The translations under genes were made by a program, and so were the position numbers. DNA of 64,000 nucleotides from Antedon mediterranea (taxonomy: Eukaryota > Animalia > Echinodermata). The stretch spans positions 35,102,304 through 35,166,303 of the forward strand of contig NC_092671.1 of assembly GCF_964355755.1 (NCBI RefSeq), read 5' to 3'. The notes beneath the pieces are model-generated. The model made no database searches, had not been told where the DNA came from, and worked only from the letters and a program-made list of their open reading frames with translations. Positions 62,196 to 64,000 of the stretch are shown one piece after another (position 1 is the first letter of the stretch; the number at the start of each line of letters is the position of its first letter).

Positions 62196-62339
62196 TAGTT
62201 TAACCTCCCTGAGTGGCCACCTCCCTCCGCACTTTCAAAAGCCTGTTTGGTCTTCCTATGTAATAAGTGTATTTGGTACCGCCCGTAAGCGGCCATTTTT
62301 CCCGGTCCCGAGGGTGGCCGCTTACGGGAGGTTTAACTG
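62196..62339. mobile_element. Short Tc1/mariner-like MITE
   Basis: TA|TAGTTTAACCTCCCTGAGTGGCCACC ... GGTGGCCGCTTACGGGAGGTTTAACTG|TA. Confidence 0.78.
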
Positions 62340-62392
62340 TATAGTTTTCCATTTTGGGGAAGCAATTACTATCAATGAAATTATATTTACAG

Positions 62393-62500
62393 TTGACAAG
62401 ACGAGTATATAAGGGCATTCCAGATTCATTACGAGGAATTATTTGGATGAAGTTACTAGATATAAATAAAATCAAACAAGAACAGCCAAACATTTACGAG
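62393..62500 (+). CDS. USP6NL: USP6NL-like exon E (start of TBC domain); the gene continues beyond the window
   Basis: ttacag|LTRRVYKGIPDSLRGIIWMKLLDINKIKQEQPNIYE|gtatgt; contains the TBC KGIPxxLRGxxW motif. Confidence 0.96.
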
Positions 62501-63474
62501 GTATGTTGACCATTGTAACATTTTTCATGTCTTAAGCCAGCTACGTAGGTAAATAAACTAGATTCTCTTAATTTAACGAACTTTAATGATATTAAATGTT
62601 GCCAACATTAGAAGAAAAAATAATGAAGTCTTCCAAAAAGTCGTGAGCCCTTCCTTCTTCCTATTGTTATAGACTTCTAATACTACTATTGGTTTGTGTA
62701 GTATTAGGAAAGTTTAGTGATACAACATGAAAATGTTCCATCATAGGAATTATTTAAGATTGGATAGTGTAGGATGTATAGATGTGTACTACACAATGTA
62801 GTCTAGATATACTAGGAGAATTTGTTTACAATATCCTTATGATTGACCTGAAGTTAATTAATCTAGGAGTAACAGTTGTTTGATTGTTAATTGTCAATGC
62901 TGATTGCTGACTACAAATCTTTAGGCTACAGTAAAAAGAGCTTTCTATTTGTACAGTATTAGTATTAAACGGTTTACATGTTGTCAACGAAGATTTATTC
63001 ATAGAAGAGGAAATTCGAAATACTTTCAGTTTCCATGGATCGTGTCATAATATGATGTCACTTGCCTTTTCCAGTAGACAAATAGGCTATATTTTATTGC
63101 AAAAATAAAAACTATATTTCACCTTGATACATGTGTGCATCTCTGCCGTGAACGTCGTGGAAATTTAATCACTTTTTAATTTGTACTGAAGTTACTTGCC
63201 ATTTCTAGTAGACAACAAGAGTCTATTAATATGTAGTCCAGTCACAGAAAGGAACGGAATAATAATGTGTTCGTTCTTATATAGCGTTTATTGCACAATG
63301 CTTCTAAATGCTTCACATTATTACCCCAGTCATTTTTTTAGATCATTTTCTATGACCAAACAATAACTGATAAGTTATAAGTGAGAGTGGAAATTTAGTA
63401 TTCAAGGTTGTCCATGTTTTTTAGGATGACGAAATGTTAGAGATAGAATCTATAATTTCAGCAGTTGTGTTTTG

Positions 63475-63616
63475 ACCTATACCAGGTATTGGATAGAGTT
63501 AAACGAAAGTAAACTGTCTTGCCTATTAGGATACATGCAATGCGACAAACTTTGGTTTCGAACCCATGATCTTACGATCAGTAGTCCAACGTCCAAACCC
63601 ACTGCGCCACACGCCT
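63475..63616 (-). mobile_element. tRNA-SINE, family of 27511
   Basis: Reverse complement AGGCGTGTGGCGCAGTGGGTTTGGACGTTGGACTACTGATCGTAAGATC...GGTTCGAAACC. Confidence 0.8.
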
Positions 63617-64000
63617 AACACATAATAGGATTTTAATCAATACATTAAAAGTTATAAAACATTAGAGAAATTTAGTCTAGGATGGCGAGCCTTCTTTGTT
63701 TGTTATTTGGATATTAAGTTTTGCATTAATACAGTTAAGTATTCAAAATATAGGTTTAGATAATAATACTTACAACACCATTGCAGTTAATGAGAAGGTA
63801 AATCAATGTGAAATACCATTCACTTTCATAATACATTATTGATCATATTGATTAATGGTTGTTATTTTTTAGCGGTACTGTTTGATTCTGACTGACTGCT
63901 TTAAATAAACATGGATGTTCATTTCTCATTTTATCAACATTTTTGCTTTGATGTTTTTGAGTTTTGCGGCTAAACTTTGATGTGGTGTTCTTGCATACCT

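Overview
AT-rich, intron-containing animal genomic DNA, probably a marine invertebrate. An echinoderm is plausible from the Deu/Nin-type SINEs and TAGGCCTA/TACTGTA enrichment, but this is inference only. Two spliced protein-coding genes lie on the + strand. (1) A complete three-coding-exon Bcl-2-family gene (31216-35759, 189 aa) with BH4, a divergent BH3, BH1, BH2 and a C-terminal tail anchor. (2) The 5' part of a USP6NL/RN-tre TBC-domain Rab-GAP gene (promoter near 42550, five coding exons 48889-62500) that runs off the window end. The rest is a dense collection of non-autonomous mobile elements (several tRNA-SINE families, Tc1/mariner-, Harbinger-, MULE- and hAT-like MITEs, Helentron/HINE elements, LINE 3' remnants) and minisatellites. 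Most notable: an apparent 1.5-kb tandem duplication is really one Helentron-type element nested in another; paralogue comparisons show TA-to-TACTGTA/TACAGTA insertions matching transposon excision footprints; TAGGCCTA is strongly enriched; a satellite has arisen inside a MITE; and the Bcl-2 protein has an atypical BH3 and BH1. All family assignments come from recalled motifs; no database search was run.
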